Shown in pieces: positions 24,942 through 38,800 of a stretch of 64,000 nucleotides of DNA. The position numbers and the translations under genes were made by a program. The notes under the pieces are model-generated. The model searched no databases. It was not told where the DNA came from and saw nothing but the letters and a program-made list of their open reading frames with translations. Source of the DNA: Tubulanus polymorphus (taxonomy: Eukaryota; Animalia; Nemertea); contig NC_134025.1 in assembly GCF_964204645.1 (NCBI RefSeq), positions 620,001 through 684,000 on the forward strand. The letters run 5' to 3'. How positions within the stretch are numbered: the first letter of the stretch is position 1; every line of letters starts with the position of its first letter.

Positions 24942-26936
24942 TCAGTCATACATATGTTCATGTATTTCTTGTCCTATTCTGATATATTCAGCTTTTTCTT
25001 CTTTTGTCATCTGTTGAACATGTTCGGCCGTAACGTCGTTAAACGCAATCTTCTTATCACCGATAGCTACCAACATTTCATCTTCTCCGTCATCATCGTC
25101 ACTCTCCATTTCCTCTACATCGGCATCACGTGAAACTAAAAGAGTAAAAAGTAGAAACATTGTTAACAGTGAATCTCCTCCTTCCTCCCTACTCTCTCAT
25201 CCTTCCTCCCTACTCTCTCCTCTTTCGTCTCTCCTCCCTACTCTCTCCTCCCTTCTCTCTCATCCCTCCTCATAAACTCCCTACTCTCTCCACCCTCCTC
25301 TCTCCTCTCTGCTCTCTCCTCCCTACTCTCTCCTCCCTCCTCTCACCTCCCCACTCTCTCCACCCTCCTCTCTCCTCTCTGCTCTCTCCTCCCTCCCCGT
25401 AAACTTCCACTGTCGTGTATTACTCCTCCTCATATATCTATAATAGTTAGTCCGATATTTTACCTGTTGTTCGTAACGATGATTTCACTACAGCTTTCTC
25501 TATTTCATCTTCTGATTCACTCGTAGAACTATCATCCTCTCCACTACTAGCACCCCCTTGTGGCGCTGCTGGTACTAACGCCGGGGTAGCTAGCGCCGTC
25601 TGTTGACTGTTTTTCTTCTCATGAACGAGTAACGTGCGCATAATGTGATCGTCGTCCATTTTACGCGAGGAACTGCCACCAGGTGGAGCGGTCGAAGGTC
25701 CGGCCGGTTCGCTGGATATCTCAACCTGAAATATATAAATAAAACAACCCTATTGAGAGAGAAGAAATACCAAACATATGAAATCCAAAACTGGGCAGAT
25801 GAAAGTTGCCTTATCATTTTCTAATCAGATATGCATAATTTATAGAGAAATCATCAATACTTTAAGGCTCCTACCTTTGGACCTAAGACTGGTTCTAACA
25901 TAGCACCTTCTACTGTACTCTCAGTCATCCAGATTGGTCTGGCTTTCTCCGGTTTAGATTCGGTAATAATCGATTTATTATCGGTATCCATATTAACAGT
26001 AACAGTGTTCTCACGAACTTCAAATCCGATATTCTTCTTTATATCTCCGCTCCAGACAGAATGATCATTGGGATCTCTCTTAGACGCACCAGGGGCTCTG
26101 TAAACAAAACAATTACATTATACTCTCGATACTGAACAAGAGACAATCAGCCTTAATCTATAAATAAATACAACATTGACCAGATACAGAGTTGAGAATC
26201 AGGGAACTCTTAAATATGTTAAGGACTCCAGTGTATTACAGAAATACAATGATTTGTAAACTATGTGATGCTCGTACCTGCTGTTAATAGATTTAATATC
26301 GATCGGTTCCGGATCAAGAACTTCAGGCGCGAGTTTGATATCCTCACATTGTCTCAACAGATCATAAATTGGCTGCATTTGATTATTAAATTTAGCCATT
26401 AACGTGCGTGTATCGTGTACAGGATTCACCGGTTCATCTTCTATTACATCCAGATGACAGAAATAACATTGATACGTTCCGGTCATCGGATCAAATAAAC
26501 GATCGACTTCTAAATCGGTGAAAGATTTCTGACACGATGGACAGTGAAAACTGGCGCGATTCGTCGAATCACGTTCTTCCGTTTCGATCTTACGCCTCAT
26601 GTGATCTAATTTATACTTAACGACGTTAACGAACACTTTGTAATTAATGAAATAATAATTATGACGCGTTGTTTTTCCTTCGGCGTCGGTTTCGACTCGC
26701 ATTCGAATTTTTAAGAATTTATCGTTTTTTAACGTGTTGATCAATGTTCGAAGTTGTTTCCGTTCGAATTTTAATAATTCGACCAAATCGTCTTCTTTCA
26801 TACACGGATTACGAACTAATAAATCAATAACTATAGCGTGTTCCTGATCGTAGAATCCTCGTACGATATATCGAGCTAAACGTTTTAACGTTTCTGGAAC
26901 CTCCGTTAGAATATCCGGCTCTTTTATTTCACTCAT
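24942..26936 (-). CDS. GTF2E1: General transcription factor IIE subunit alpha
   Basis: [18 protein letters not shown] winged-helix start, [29 protein letters not shown], zinc ribbon CPSC...CYFC, acidic C-terminus ending [14 protein letters not shown]. Exons 26936-26278, 26097-25875, 25725-25464, 25135-24942; non-coding exon 1 near 28862-28935. Confidence 0.95.
25170..25400. repeat. CT-rich low-complexity repeat in a GTF2E1 intron
   Basis: Pyrimidine-rich tandem ctctctcctc motifs. Confidence 0.9.
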
Positions 26937-27939
26937 TTTGCAGCTCGGCAAAATCTCTACAAAATAAGAAAAGAATCGTTCAATCATCTTTATTCATCAT
27001 TCTATTCGATTTAATGATTGTTATATCATCTTTACCACTGTATATAATTACATTCACTGGATTTAAAGGTAACAGCGTAAATGTTTTGGTGTGAATTAAC
27101 TTCTCAACTTTTTCAGGCATTCCCTTAATTTCTACATTTCTACATCTTTAGATATTTCTTCCACTACACTTAAAATATTATTGTCACTTTTCATTTCTTA
27201 TCCTCTTGACTTCTCATTGTCACCATTTCTTTTCTTATTTTCCTAATTCACCTTAAAGAGCTATGAGTTTGGCTAATGAACCCGACCTGATAAAAGTTAC
27301 GTCGTTGATATGTCGAGGTTTCAGGGAATGGCTGATACCAGTAATTGATAATGCTTTGATAAAACCAGTAATGATCAAGATTGAATTTCTGTTACAAAGT
27401 CTCAAAGATCTATTTTGATCTTTAAAAATCTTAACAGAAATTCAATCTTCATAACCTGAATATTCATTTTTACATACAAATAAGACAAAGAAGAGTTTTT
27501 AAATACTATTCAAACACCCACTTGAGGAGAAAGAGACTCTCACCACACACGGCGTGCACAATAGTTTCAGATAACTGGCAACTGTTGAAATTTCATACAT
27601 GACACAAGGTCAACAAGAAATATAATCTAAATCATGTTCTATTTTGAACAGCAGCCCCTAGGGTGAAGTATCCAGGATATGAGACAGACAGAGAGAGTGG
27701 GGGAGAGAGGGGAGAGTGGGGGAGAGAGGGAGGGAACTGTCAATTGACCTGTATTATTGATATGTTTTTACATCTAGTTTTAATCCAAAGCTATCAGAAC
27801 AAAACTCTGTAAACTGAGTAGGAGTTTAAGGATCGATATTTATGTCACATGACTCAGGGTCAAGGCTTTGATTGGCTATGATATCACAGTGGTCCTCAGT
27901 CCAATTGTTTGATGGGGTCTGGTCCTCCCACTTAGTGAT

Positions 27940-28377
27940 GTCACAGGTCACCTGACCTAGGGTTAGGGTTAGCTGCTAGCCATGAATGACTGTGATATCA
28001 CTGGTCACCTGACCTAGGGTTAGGGTTAGCTGCTAGCAATGAATGACTGTGATATCACTGGTCACCTGACCTAGGGTTAGGGTTAGCTGCTAGCCATGAA
28101 TGACTGTGATATCACTGGTCACCTGACCTAGGGTTAGGGTTAGCTGCTAGCCATGAATGACTGTGATATCACTGGTCACCTGATCTAGGGTTAGGGTTAA
28201 CTGCTAGCCATGAATGACTGTGATATCACTGGTCACCTGACCTAGGGTTAGGGTTAGCTGCTAGCCATGGGTGACTGTGATGTCACCGCCACTGGTCACC
28301 TGACCTAGGGTTAGGGTTAACTGCTAGCCTTCAGTGGCTGTGACATCTCAATTCACCTGGCCTGGGGTTAGGGTTAT
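27940..28377. repeat. 57-bp minisatellite (~8 copies) containing (TTAGGG)2
   Basis: Unit ggtcacctgacctagggttagggttagctgctagccatgaatgactgtgatatcact, in GTF2E1 intron 1. Confidence 0.92.
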
Positions 28378-28861
28378 GAATGGCAGACCATACTCTATCA
28401 ATTCATTAAGTAGTGATGATTTGTTATGAGCAGTTCACTAAGAGTTATAAAGTACTCAGTAGCAATCATCAGTAGCACTAATTACCTATACAAACTTCTC
28501 AATTACACCAATTAGTAATGATCAAGTGACCCCCCCCCTGTGTGATGATAATGATATTTGATAGATTCAGTATTGATTGGATTGGAAGGGGCAGAGCAAG
28601 TGTCTGCTGTCACTGCTGAATTACACAATTCTAAAATAAATCTTGATGCTCAATAATGTGTAAGTGATTCATACAACGTGGAATCGGGATTGAAACAAGA
28701 AAGAAACCGAAAAAAGGATTCCAGGTCAGAGACAGAGAGGTTGAATTTAGGAAAAAAAAACTATTTTCAATCGGAAATATAAACATTCTAAAACAAAAAC
28801 GGTAGTTCACAGAATATTTAAACACCGACACATAGATTCATGAACGGCTGGTAATTCTTAC

Positions 28862-29814
28862 CTTGTTCAATTTAAAGAAAATAAGTTTAAACGGTATAAA
28901 AATTAATTTTCCATGGGCGCAGCCATATTGGATTAGTCGTACTAAATATCACATAAAACCGGTCACCATCAACAAGTAACAATAATGAAATTGTTACATT
29001 AGGAAGATTTACTTCATTGATTAGTGATTGTATATCTAATTACGCTCATATTCGGATAATAAAACATGGGCAAATCGGTATTGATGAATATTGTTGGTTG
29101 GCGGTAATTAGTACGTTAGTTACTGGTTTGTTATAAAATGGCGGATAATTCTCACTTGAATATAAAACCACTGACTAAACACTGATTAATAGGGCTTTTA
29201 GACCCGATTCCTATTTGTCAGGTTGGTGTTGATTACGAGGTTTATAACAGGGCGTGCATTATTTGAATTCCCTGCTTGATCAGTTAGAAATTAATCAGAA
29301 ATCATAGAAAAATAGAGCCAAGTGCCAGTGGCAGTGCAAACACCCTTTCTCAATTCAAGTTTTCTCCTTCCTCCCTCGATCGATAGTAGAACGGTACCTA
29401 TTACTTTCAAGTTTCGACCCCAAGGTTGAAATATGCACTAAATTTAGCTCTACAGTCTTTTAGTTTTGCCCGACCAAAAGTCAAGCTGCGTCCAAATGAA
29501 ATGTGAAAGTAGCCCTGACTATCTTCTGAGAGTAACCCCGACAATCTTGAGAGTAGCCCCGACAATCTTCTCTGAGAGTAGCCCCGACATTCTTCTCTGA
29601 GAGTAGCCCCGACAATCTTCTTAATCAATGACGCCTGACGGTCTACAGTAAATAGAAATGTATAATGATTGATGTAAAATTGCCTGCACTTTAAGCCAAC
29701 TGTGTCGAACCATACATCGCTCACTGTCACTTCGTCCTTCCTTCGACTTATTTATTTACGACTGATATTCTGATTTTTTTGGTACTTAATCTTCATTGAT
29801 TGAGCAGAACAAAA
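28862..29814. promoter_or_regulatory. Divergent promoter region of GTF2E1 and CEP290
   Basis: Head-to-head genes. YY1-like aaaatggcgg (~29134) and gccatatt (~28922); includes a short ~24-bp repeat at 29512-29620. Confidence 0.6.
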
Positions 29815-32800
29815 ATGGCGCCGTTTGATTGGGACCGGGTGATGGGAATGGACCCGGAAAATCTGGAAGACGAAGCTGAGTCAATATTTGAACTATTAGC
29901 TGAGGTCAGTAACATCACTACAGTCTATAGTTGAATACAAGGGGTTCATGTTTTATTTATTGTATCATGTTTTATCAATGAACAGTTGGATGTCGGAGAT
30001 GAATCTAATTTAGATCGAGTTAAACAAGTTTTCCGTATCACTCAATCAGTGATGTTAGTTAAAGCTGCTGAAGCTGAGGTTGCTATGGAAGAGATGGAGA
30101 AGCAAGCGCAGACAGCTGGACGCTCGGATGCTAAAAAAGGTACTGAAATTAATCTCTAAATGTCGTCATTTGAATAAGTTATTGATCGCATCATTGAAAT
30201 TGTCTCTATTATTTTGAGTCTCAATTCGCGTGTCTTATTCTATTTACTAAGTGGAATAAGACATCAAATGGATAAGTCTTCAACATTATGATCGTCAGAA
30301 ACTATGACAACTTCAACAAGTTTCATTGTATTCAAATTCTGTTTTAAGATGATTCTCTGCGAATTTAATGTTTGAAACGTGTGTTTATTTCAGAACAAGA
30401 ATTGTTGGATCGAATTGCAGAATTAGAATCGGAAAACAAAGATTTACAGGTGAAAAATTCATCCTCTTAAATAAAGATGTATCCACATCAACAGTTTTTA
30501 CTTGAAATTTACTTTAAGATTTTAGATGATTATTTAACCATGAGAACTGTTGAACAGGTCCTGTATCTATTTAAATATATAAAACATTGATTCATTCATA
30601 AGATTGAGTAGAGATGCTGAAAGTTTTATGTTTTGAATATTGACAGAGATTTGGAGGCGGTGCTGAAAGTGGTCGAGATACGAAATTCCTACGCGGAGAA
30701 CTTCAGGATCTTGAAAGACAAAATAAAATTCTTCAGGAAGATCTAGGAAATCTCGAACGGGAGCTGGCTAATGAGAAAAAATCATCGGAACAGGTACAAA
30801 TTATCAATATCATCGGAAATATATCGATTAATATTTAGAATGTCACTTAGAAAATATTTTCAATAATCTTATATTTTAGATGGCAGCAAAAGTACAAGAG
30901 TTGGAAAAAGAAAAAGACAATTTGAGATCAGAGGTAAAAATTCAGTTGTATTCATAAAAACACTAAGGACGCAACAACATTTAACACAACATAGATGAAC
31001 CTATTGATTCGGTAATCTCGATAAAATCTGACATAACAACAGTGAAAATGAACTAGGAGTCTGATTTAATTGACAACTGTGGAACTGTGTCCTGGAATTA
31101 AAAACAGATTTGATTAAATGAATGATGTTTGTTAAAAGGCTGACGGCTACAAACGTGAAATAGATGCTCATGAAAGACAATTAGAATCACAAAGAGAAAG
31201 AATGATGATGAAAAGAGGAGAAGATGCAGAATATAAAGAGAAACTCAGTAAGAATAAACGTGAATTAGTGGAAGCACTTGAGGAAGTCAATGTAAGTGTA
31301 AACAGTGGATACAGTGGAAACTCTGTGTTACTCTAATCTTGTTACTATAGATAATTCACTGAATTGAACAGATACAGAGTTGACCAGAGTCCTTGGAGTT
31401 CATCAAAATAATACAAAAAATGTTGCCTTCATTTAACCAGAAATACATAACAAAATAAAGAAGGAAACTTCATGAATAAAGTTTATTTGAATATGATATA
31501 ATGATGAAAATATTTTGTGTGTGTTTAGAATTTGACTTTCGCGAACAACAAACTTCAAGAACAAGTTGATGATATGAGTAAAAAAATGAAAGACGCCAAA
31601 CAAGAAATGGATCGAATGACAACTGATTATATGAAACTAAAAACTGAATTGAATGAATATGATGGAGTTATGGATGGACTTCGTAAAGATAATGATTTAT
31701 TGAAAGCTCAGGTAATTTCACACTCATTTTGATTATACAGGTTCAGATCGGTCTCTACCGATTCCGTAATTATCTTCTGGCGCGTTCGTTTTGACCAGGA
31801 TATGCTCTATAATGCTCAGCCGGTCGAGAGTTTGTAATCCGGAATCGCTGTTCCTAAACCAGAATACTTTTAATCAAAGCCTCCCTTAATGTTATATGTA
31901 TTCATGAAATGTAGTAGTTTTAATCAATATTTTGTTGATTATTGTTGATATTTAGGTCAGTGATTTGATGGAACAAGTTCATTCTAAAGCAGACGCAGAT
32001 GATGAAATAATGGTTGCTGTTCATAATAAAGTTGAGGAATGGAAGGTAAATACATGAAACTCACTGCACTGTACTTTCAGATGGATTCATAGTTAATCAT
32101 GATTTTTTGTTTGTAGCAAATATTGGCAGAAAAAGACAGCGAAGTTGTTGAGTATCATTTACAAGTTCAGAAACTGAAGGAACAATTGTTAGCAGCGAAT
32201 ATGGACACAGAAAAAGCATCAGTTGCCGTTTTATCAAAGGTACAGCTGCATTATTTAGAATAGCTACGGAGCAGCTACCCGTGCCGAGCAGCTACCCATG
32301 CCGAGCAGCTACCTGTGTAGATACCTATTATTGATTGTAATTTGTTGTATTTTCAGGCTGTTGAGGAAAGAGATCGCCAGGTTGAAATATTAAAAGATAA
32401 ACTAGACCAAGCAACAAGTGAAATTCAAACGAGTACGGCAGTTATTGAAGACCTCAGAGATGAACTTTCTAAAAGTGAGTTTTTAGTTCAACACTTCTTT
32501 AAACTTCATTCAATGTTGTATAATATTGTTTTTGTGTTGTTTTTGTAGCTGGTCGAGGTCCGTCTGATAAAAACGTTCAACGCATTCGTGAATTACAATC
32601 TAAATTACTGCAAAGTGAAGAGAATTTTAAAGATGCAGAATACAGAAGAACTCAGGTTTGTTCCATCAGTAAAATCTGCGGAATTTAGGGATTCAGAGGT
32701 TTAGATATTTAATGGCTGAATCTATTTTTAGGCTGAAGACGATGCAGAAAAGAAAGACAGAGATTTGAGCGAAGCTTTAGAAAGAATGAGACAATATGAA

Positions 32801-35800
32801 CTGGTAAGTGTTTGTGTTATACAATCATTCAGTCAGTGTTTAGTGTTTATTCAGTCAGTCAGTTAAGGGACATTGTAATTGTTATATAGGGTGAATATGG
32901 TTTACCTGAAGCTGTGGCTGAAATTAAAGAACATAAAATGAATGTTAGCATCAGAGACAGGTAAGAAACACAACCCGGTTCCACAGTTCCCGGTTCCACA
33001 GTTCCCGGTTCCACAGTTCCCGGTTCCACAGTTCCCGGTTAAAGATTTTACTTGAGTTAAACAATTGAGACTCTATTCTACAGTTGCGAGTCTAGAGTTA
33101 AGTCATTGAAAATGGACTGATTACAACTGAAGCAACTATGGCATCAGATAAGAATTTAAATTTGTTAACTTCTAGGACCCAGTTCCACATTTCTTGGTTC
33201 AATTAGTTCATTTCTAATGTTTAATCTTAACTCACAACTGTGGAATAGTTCCACAGTGTTTTTAACCCTTATATCGACCTATGAATCCATTGTAACGTTC
33301 ACTAAATTGTTTTTTCCAGACAAATAGAAGATTTGACTCAACAAGTGAATAAATGTGAAATGCAGATAAATGATTTATACGATGAGAACGAGGAACTGAG
33401 GGCGCGTCTCGGTCTCGATCCTAAAGAACCGATCGATTTAGAGAAAGTTCGACATTCGAAAAATTCACAACATCAACAAGACCGCGCGTTAAATATGGTG
33501 CTTCAGAAAGAAGTGGAACGTTTAGAGGACGAGAGAATTAATCATAAAAAAACAATCAGACGATTAGCGCAACAATTAGGACAGAAGTATGTCACACGTA
33601 TTCTACTATCGGTAAACTCCGCTCAAGTCGGACCTCTTTCAATCAGAGAAAATCTGTCCTGTCTGAAAAAATCTGACTTGAGCAGAGTCTATTGTGTATT
33701 TATCAGTGTACAGTCTACCTTGATATTATACCTCATCTGATAAATCAACCAATATCACCCCCATCTAATGCCAGGTTTTTTCTGAGAAACATCTGGGTCC
33801 AGTTCCACAGTTGTGAGTTAAGATTTGACTCTGAGTTAACTCATTGAAAATGAACTAACTTTAACTCAGAGTTAATCTAACTCACAACTGTGGAACTGGG
33901 TCCTGAATATAATATCTTAACTATTTAAATAAATCCCGATATACTCCCTCCCATACTCTATACAGCCAAAATCATAAATCACTGATTCGGGTGCAGTTTA
34001 TCAGGGGTTGACTCTTTATACAAGTAACACTTTCTGATGTTTAGAACCTGTTTATTTCATTCGCTTCTTTTTAACTGAATGAAATATTGAATTTCAGGGC
34101 CGTGAATTTAGGAATCACTCACGATGATTTAATGATAGCAGATGGATTCTCAGACGATAAAATTCAAGCAGTCAGCGTTGCTCAGGTTGCCGGAGCAGCG
34201 CCATCTATGGGTTTAATGCGTAAAGATTTAGAATACGACGAACTCAAAATCAGAGTAAATAATGAAATTCTAATCGTGTGAATTTTACTGAATGACGATT
34301 GCGTAAAATTACGATTTTTTTAAATATTTTAGAATCAGCAACTGGAATCAGAATTGGATAAAAACAGTAAATTGTACGACGTGATGAGACAAGAGAATTC
34401 AGAATTCCGTTTAAAATGCACCGAATACGAGGATCAAAATAAAAACTTGGAGAAAGGAATGAGAGAAATATTAGAAAATCTGAAAGAGAATAATCGTTCT
34501 GAGGGCGGTACGAGCGGTCCTCAGATAATTGAGTGTCCAGCGTTAGAGAAAATATTAGCTGTAAGTTATTTCTCTGTGAAATCTTTGAAAAAGGAACTGA
34601 AATCATTGATTTGTATTAAATTTGAGTTTAGACAAATGGAATGTAATTCACATTCTGTTGTAAAATGTTTCTCAGATTTGTGTTCGAGAGGAGGCTCTCT
34701 ACTGTATTACACATAATCCCTGACATTATCGGGTAACAGTCCCTGAAAATGGTCCATTATTCCTGATTATACGTTCCTATTTCATCATACTGATAATTGA
34801 TTGACCTCTTTGTGAAACTAGTCTAATGATCGCCAGCACTTTTGGGTATTGTCAGCGCTGAAAGGGTCTTGTGTCACTGATAAGAAAAACTGATTTTGTC
34901 TTATTTGCTTTCATAGTTTCCTAAAAAGTTTGCCTTGTTCAGAAATTCATAGATTGCATTGGTAGTTCAGTTTTATATGAATATGTTGTAGGCAATGGAA
35001 GCTAAGAGTTACACAGGACAATACGATACCGGTTTACATCTGAAAGCTCGTTTAGATAATCTAGAAGGAAGAAATGATGAATTACGCAGAGAATTACGAG
35101 AAGCAAGAGTCGAATGTACGAAAACTAAAATGGAATCGGAGAAAAGTCAAGAAAAGGTAAAATGACTTACAATAATTTTACAGTTGAACATCATTACAAT
35201 AAACTTCAGGGCACCAGAAAATCTGGTAGAATTATTAGATTTTATTTATTTGCGACAAAATCCCAGGTTTGTAAAAACTGATCAATCGTCATAATGAGGA
35301 GGTTCCACTTTACATATTGAAGCAAAATAGATACAATATGTATGTAATGCTAATATTTTGTTACTTTGTAATCCGTTTATCGAAAATGTTTTTATAGTTG
35401 ACTAAATATGAAGAAGATTTGAAAGCATTGCGTGAATTAGGAGCTGGATCAATGACTGTACACGCTGTTCCGTTACCTGATAATATGGCTATCACTAGTG
35501 CTGAGGTTATTGCCAGTTTAAACGAACATTTAGTTCAAGTTTTACAGGTAATAAGTGAATTCATTTCTTCAAGCTGTTGTTGTTGTTGTTGTACGCGACA
35601 TCAGGAAATTTAAAATCAATATTTCATTGCTGTTGTTCAGGAAATGTCTCTGAAAGAAGAAACGATGAAGAAAATGGAAGCAGCTTTAGAAAATTACAAG
35701 CGTAAATTTGCGTTAGTTCGTCATCAACAAGGGCTGCTTTATAACGACTACATCACTGAAAAACAGGTCATTCATTACTTATAACTATCATTTTGGTTTT

Positions 35801-38800
35801 CCGTCGATAAATGATTGAAGAAAAAGAGATTTAGACTCAGTTCTATTTTCAAAAATGTTTGATTTCATAATTTCGGGTTTATCTTCAAATTACTTATTCT
35901 AATTCAAGATCAAATCGTTTGAAATGTGGAATAATTTTGATATTTCAGGAATGGGAAAACAGAGAGAAAAAACTGAAAGAAGATGCCAATAAAATGGAAG
36001 GAAAAGCTGAGGAAGATAAAGTGAGAATACAAGAGTTTGATCGATTATTGGATACATTAGAACAGGACGAGGTTGAAGTGAGAAGAAGAGTTTCAGAAAT
36101 GACTCGTAAAACGACTGTTTTAAGAGTAAATGAGAAAGCGTTAACTCGAAGATATAACGCTATCATTGAAATGGAAACCGCAATGAGACGGGTGAGTTAA
36201 TCAGACATCAGTTAACATATCACTTTAATTAGGTCATTCATGATTCAGTTCCACATTTCTCAGTTAAGAGAGTGAGATAAATTCATTTCTCACGTTGTAA
36301 GAGTCAAATCTAAACTGCAGACTGTTGAATTAGGTTAAGGAGTTGGAGGTTCTGGAGTTAACTGTTGAGTTAAGAAGATTGCCAGGTAGTTCATTTCCAA
36401 TCTTTTAACTCAGGAGCTAATTTGAAACTGCAAACTTTGGAACCTGAGTGGAATCTGACACACAACACTGAAACTGGATCCAGGAGTCAGTTTTACTAGT
36501 TTTTGATTTATATTATTTTGCTATTTTAGGAAAACAATCGCTTGAAAAATGATATGATTCAAATGGAGAAAGCAGTGACCGAAAGAATTGGTTACCTGAC
36601 AAGATACAAGGTCAGATCATTTATTCATTGAGATAATGTCGCCATTCTTGTAGATTTCATGAAATATACACTTTTTGGTAACGGTAATTTTTCAGGACAT
36701 GGCGACGTTTAAAATCGCGCATTTACAGAAAGCGTTGGACGAATCAGTTCCGTCTGGTGACCTTGACTACGCGAATAAACAATACAACGAACTGACGGAG
36801 AAATACCGAGATTTACTGGAACGCGGAAACAATCTGGTGTTAAAATCAGAGGAATTCGAAGGAATGGAAGTTGAAGTCAAACGATTGAGAGACGATAATG
36901 ACAATCTGAAAAAAATATTAGAAATTGAAAAAGAGAAAGGACATACGTTTGAGGCGGCTCTGGAACATTTGAGAAAACAAGGTATTTATACATAGTTTCA
37001 TCGGACACACCGGTTTAAAGTCGTCTAGTTGAATTTAGTTTACTGATGAATATTTGAGAAAACAAGGTATTAAAACATATTTTTAATGGAAAAACCGGTG
37101 TCAAGTTGACTGTATGATATTTACTGATGAATTATTTTGTGTAGGTGTAAAAGGAGACAGCGCTGTCAGTGATGGAGAAGTGATTTCAATATCTAAGAAA
37201 ATAACGATGTTAGAAATGAAAGAGATCAATGAAAGAGAACGAGCTGAACACGCACAAAGAATGTCGGAAAAATATAAACAAACCGTTCATGAGTTAGAGA
37301 ATCGTAATCTAGAATTGGAACAGAAATTCGCCGAGGTAAAATACAAGTATTCAGTGATAATTAGAGATCCTAGACTCAACAGTTCAACAGTTCATTGGTT
37401 GAGACTTTGAAAATGACCTAAATGATCTCTACATAATTGGTATTTATTGTCTTCTTTGGTGTTTTATAGTTGACACGAATGAATCTAGAAAATCAGAAAG
37501 TTGAAAGAGAACTTCGCGATGAACTATCGAGTAAGTTAGATTACGTTGGAACCCGACGTGCTGAATGTGCGTGTGTTTGAATGTTTAATTGTTGATTATT
37601 GTCTTTAAAATAGATTGCGTCACTAAGAAAGTGAGTGATGCAGATAGAAAGAGAATTACTGAATTGGAGACCATTGAGGCAAATATGAAAGTAGAAATAT
37701 CTAAACTAAAGGTAAAAACACAATTCTTTGATGTCAGAATCTTCATAAAACATGTGTCTTGAATTTTCATTTCATCTCTCAACCCGCTGAGCGCTGTTAT
37801 TAGCAGGGTTTATTCTTATTGATTAAGGGAGAGAGTTATGAGAAAAACCATCAACCGGGTAACTGTGCCTAGTTCAGGGTATTGTGGCTTCTGCTGGAGG
37901 GGAGAGAAGAACTCTGACTCTACGAGAATCCAAACCCATGAACCCTAGATGTTTTTGACGGTAGTTTTTTGATGTAATTATTTCAGGAAGTAGCTGAAGT
38001 TGGTGTAATGCAAGCTAAAGCTTTAGACGCTCAACAAGTTTCACGCGATAAAGAAGTTTTATCATTGAGACAACAATTGTTAGATATACAGGCTCAAAGT
38101 GATGAGAAAACTATCATAGGTTCGTTTTACCGCAGAACTCCCGGTTCCAACATCATTCGTTCAGAATTGACTCGTTTTAGAAACTGAGTCCAGATTCAAA
38201 GTAATTCGAAAAATGTCCAATAATGATTCTGATTTCATGTTTCAGGTAAATTACACAGACAGATCGTATTGTTACAAGTTAGCGAAGGAACCGCCGTCAG
38301 AAAATACGAAGACGCTCAGAAAAAGATCATCAAATTAGAAGCTCAAGTTTTACAAAGAGAACATAAATTAGACGAGAAAGATCAAGCTTTGTTTCACAAT
38401 CAGGTCGAGTCTCGTAGTAAATCGAAACACTTAAAACGTACGATTCATTCTCTGCGACGTCAGTTCAGCGGAGCCGTTCCGCTCGTCAGGCAGGAGAAAT
38501 TCGCTAAATCAATGGTTCAGCTACAAGAGGATAAAAAACTACTGACGCTCGAATTACGACAAGTTCACGAACAACGAACTCAGGTCGAAGATCAACTCGC
38601 CGAGATTCAATTAAAACATCAAGGTTTACAGGATTTGATGGTTACGTTGAAGGACGGACGCGGCGCGCAGAAAGTCGCTGAATGGCACGGCAAAATGGAA
38701 GCGTTACGACTCGAGGATCTTAAACAGAAACGACAGAATACAAACCTCGCTAAACAGGTCCGGTTTAAATCAGTGTTAATTCACCGTTTCATTAATGAAA

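Noticed and set aside
27940-28377. TTAGGG repeats as a true telomere or chromosome fusion scar
   Set aside because: Only two hexamers per 57-bp unit, all in one orientation, inside an intron.
37780-37945. Possible SINE remnant (similar region at ~46780-46960)
   Set aside because: B-box-like sequence is too degenerate to define boundaries or family.
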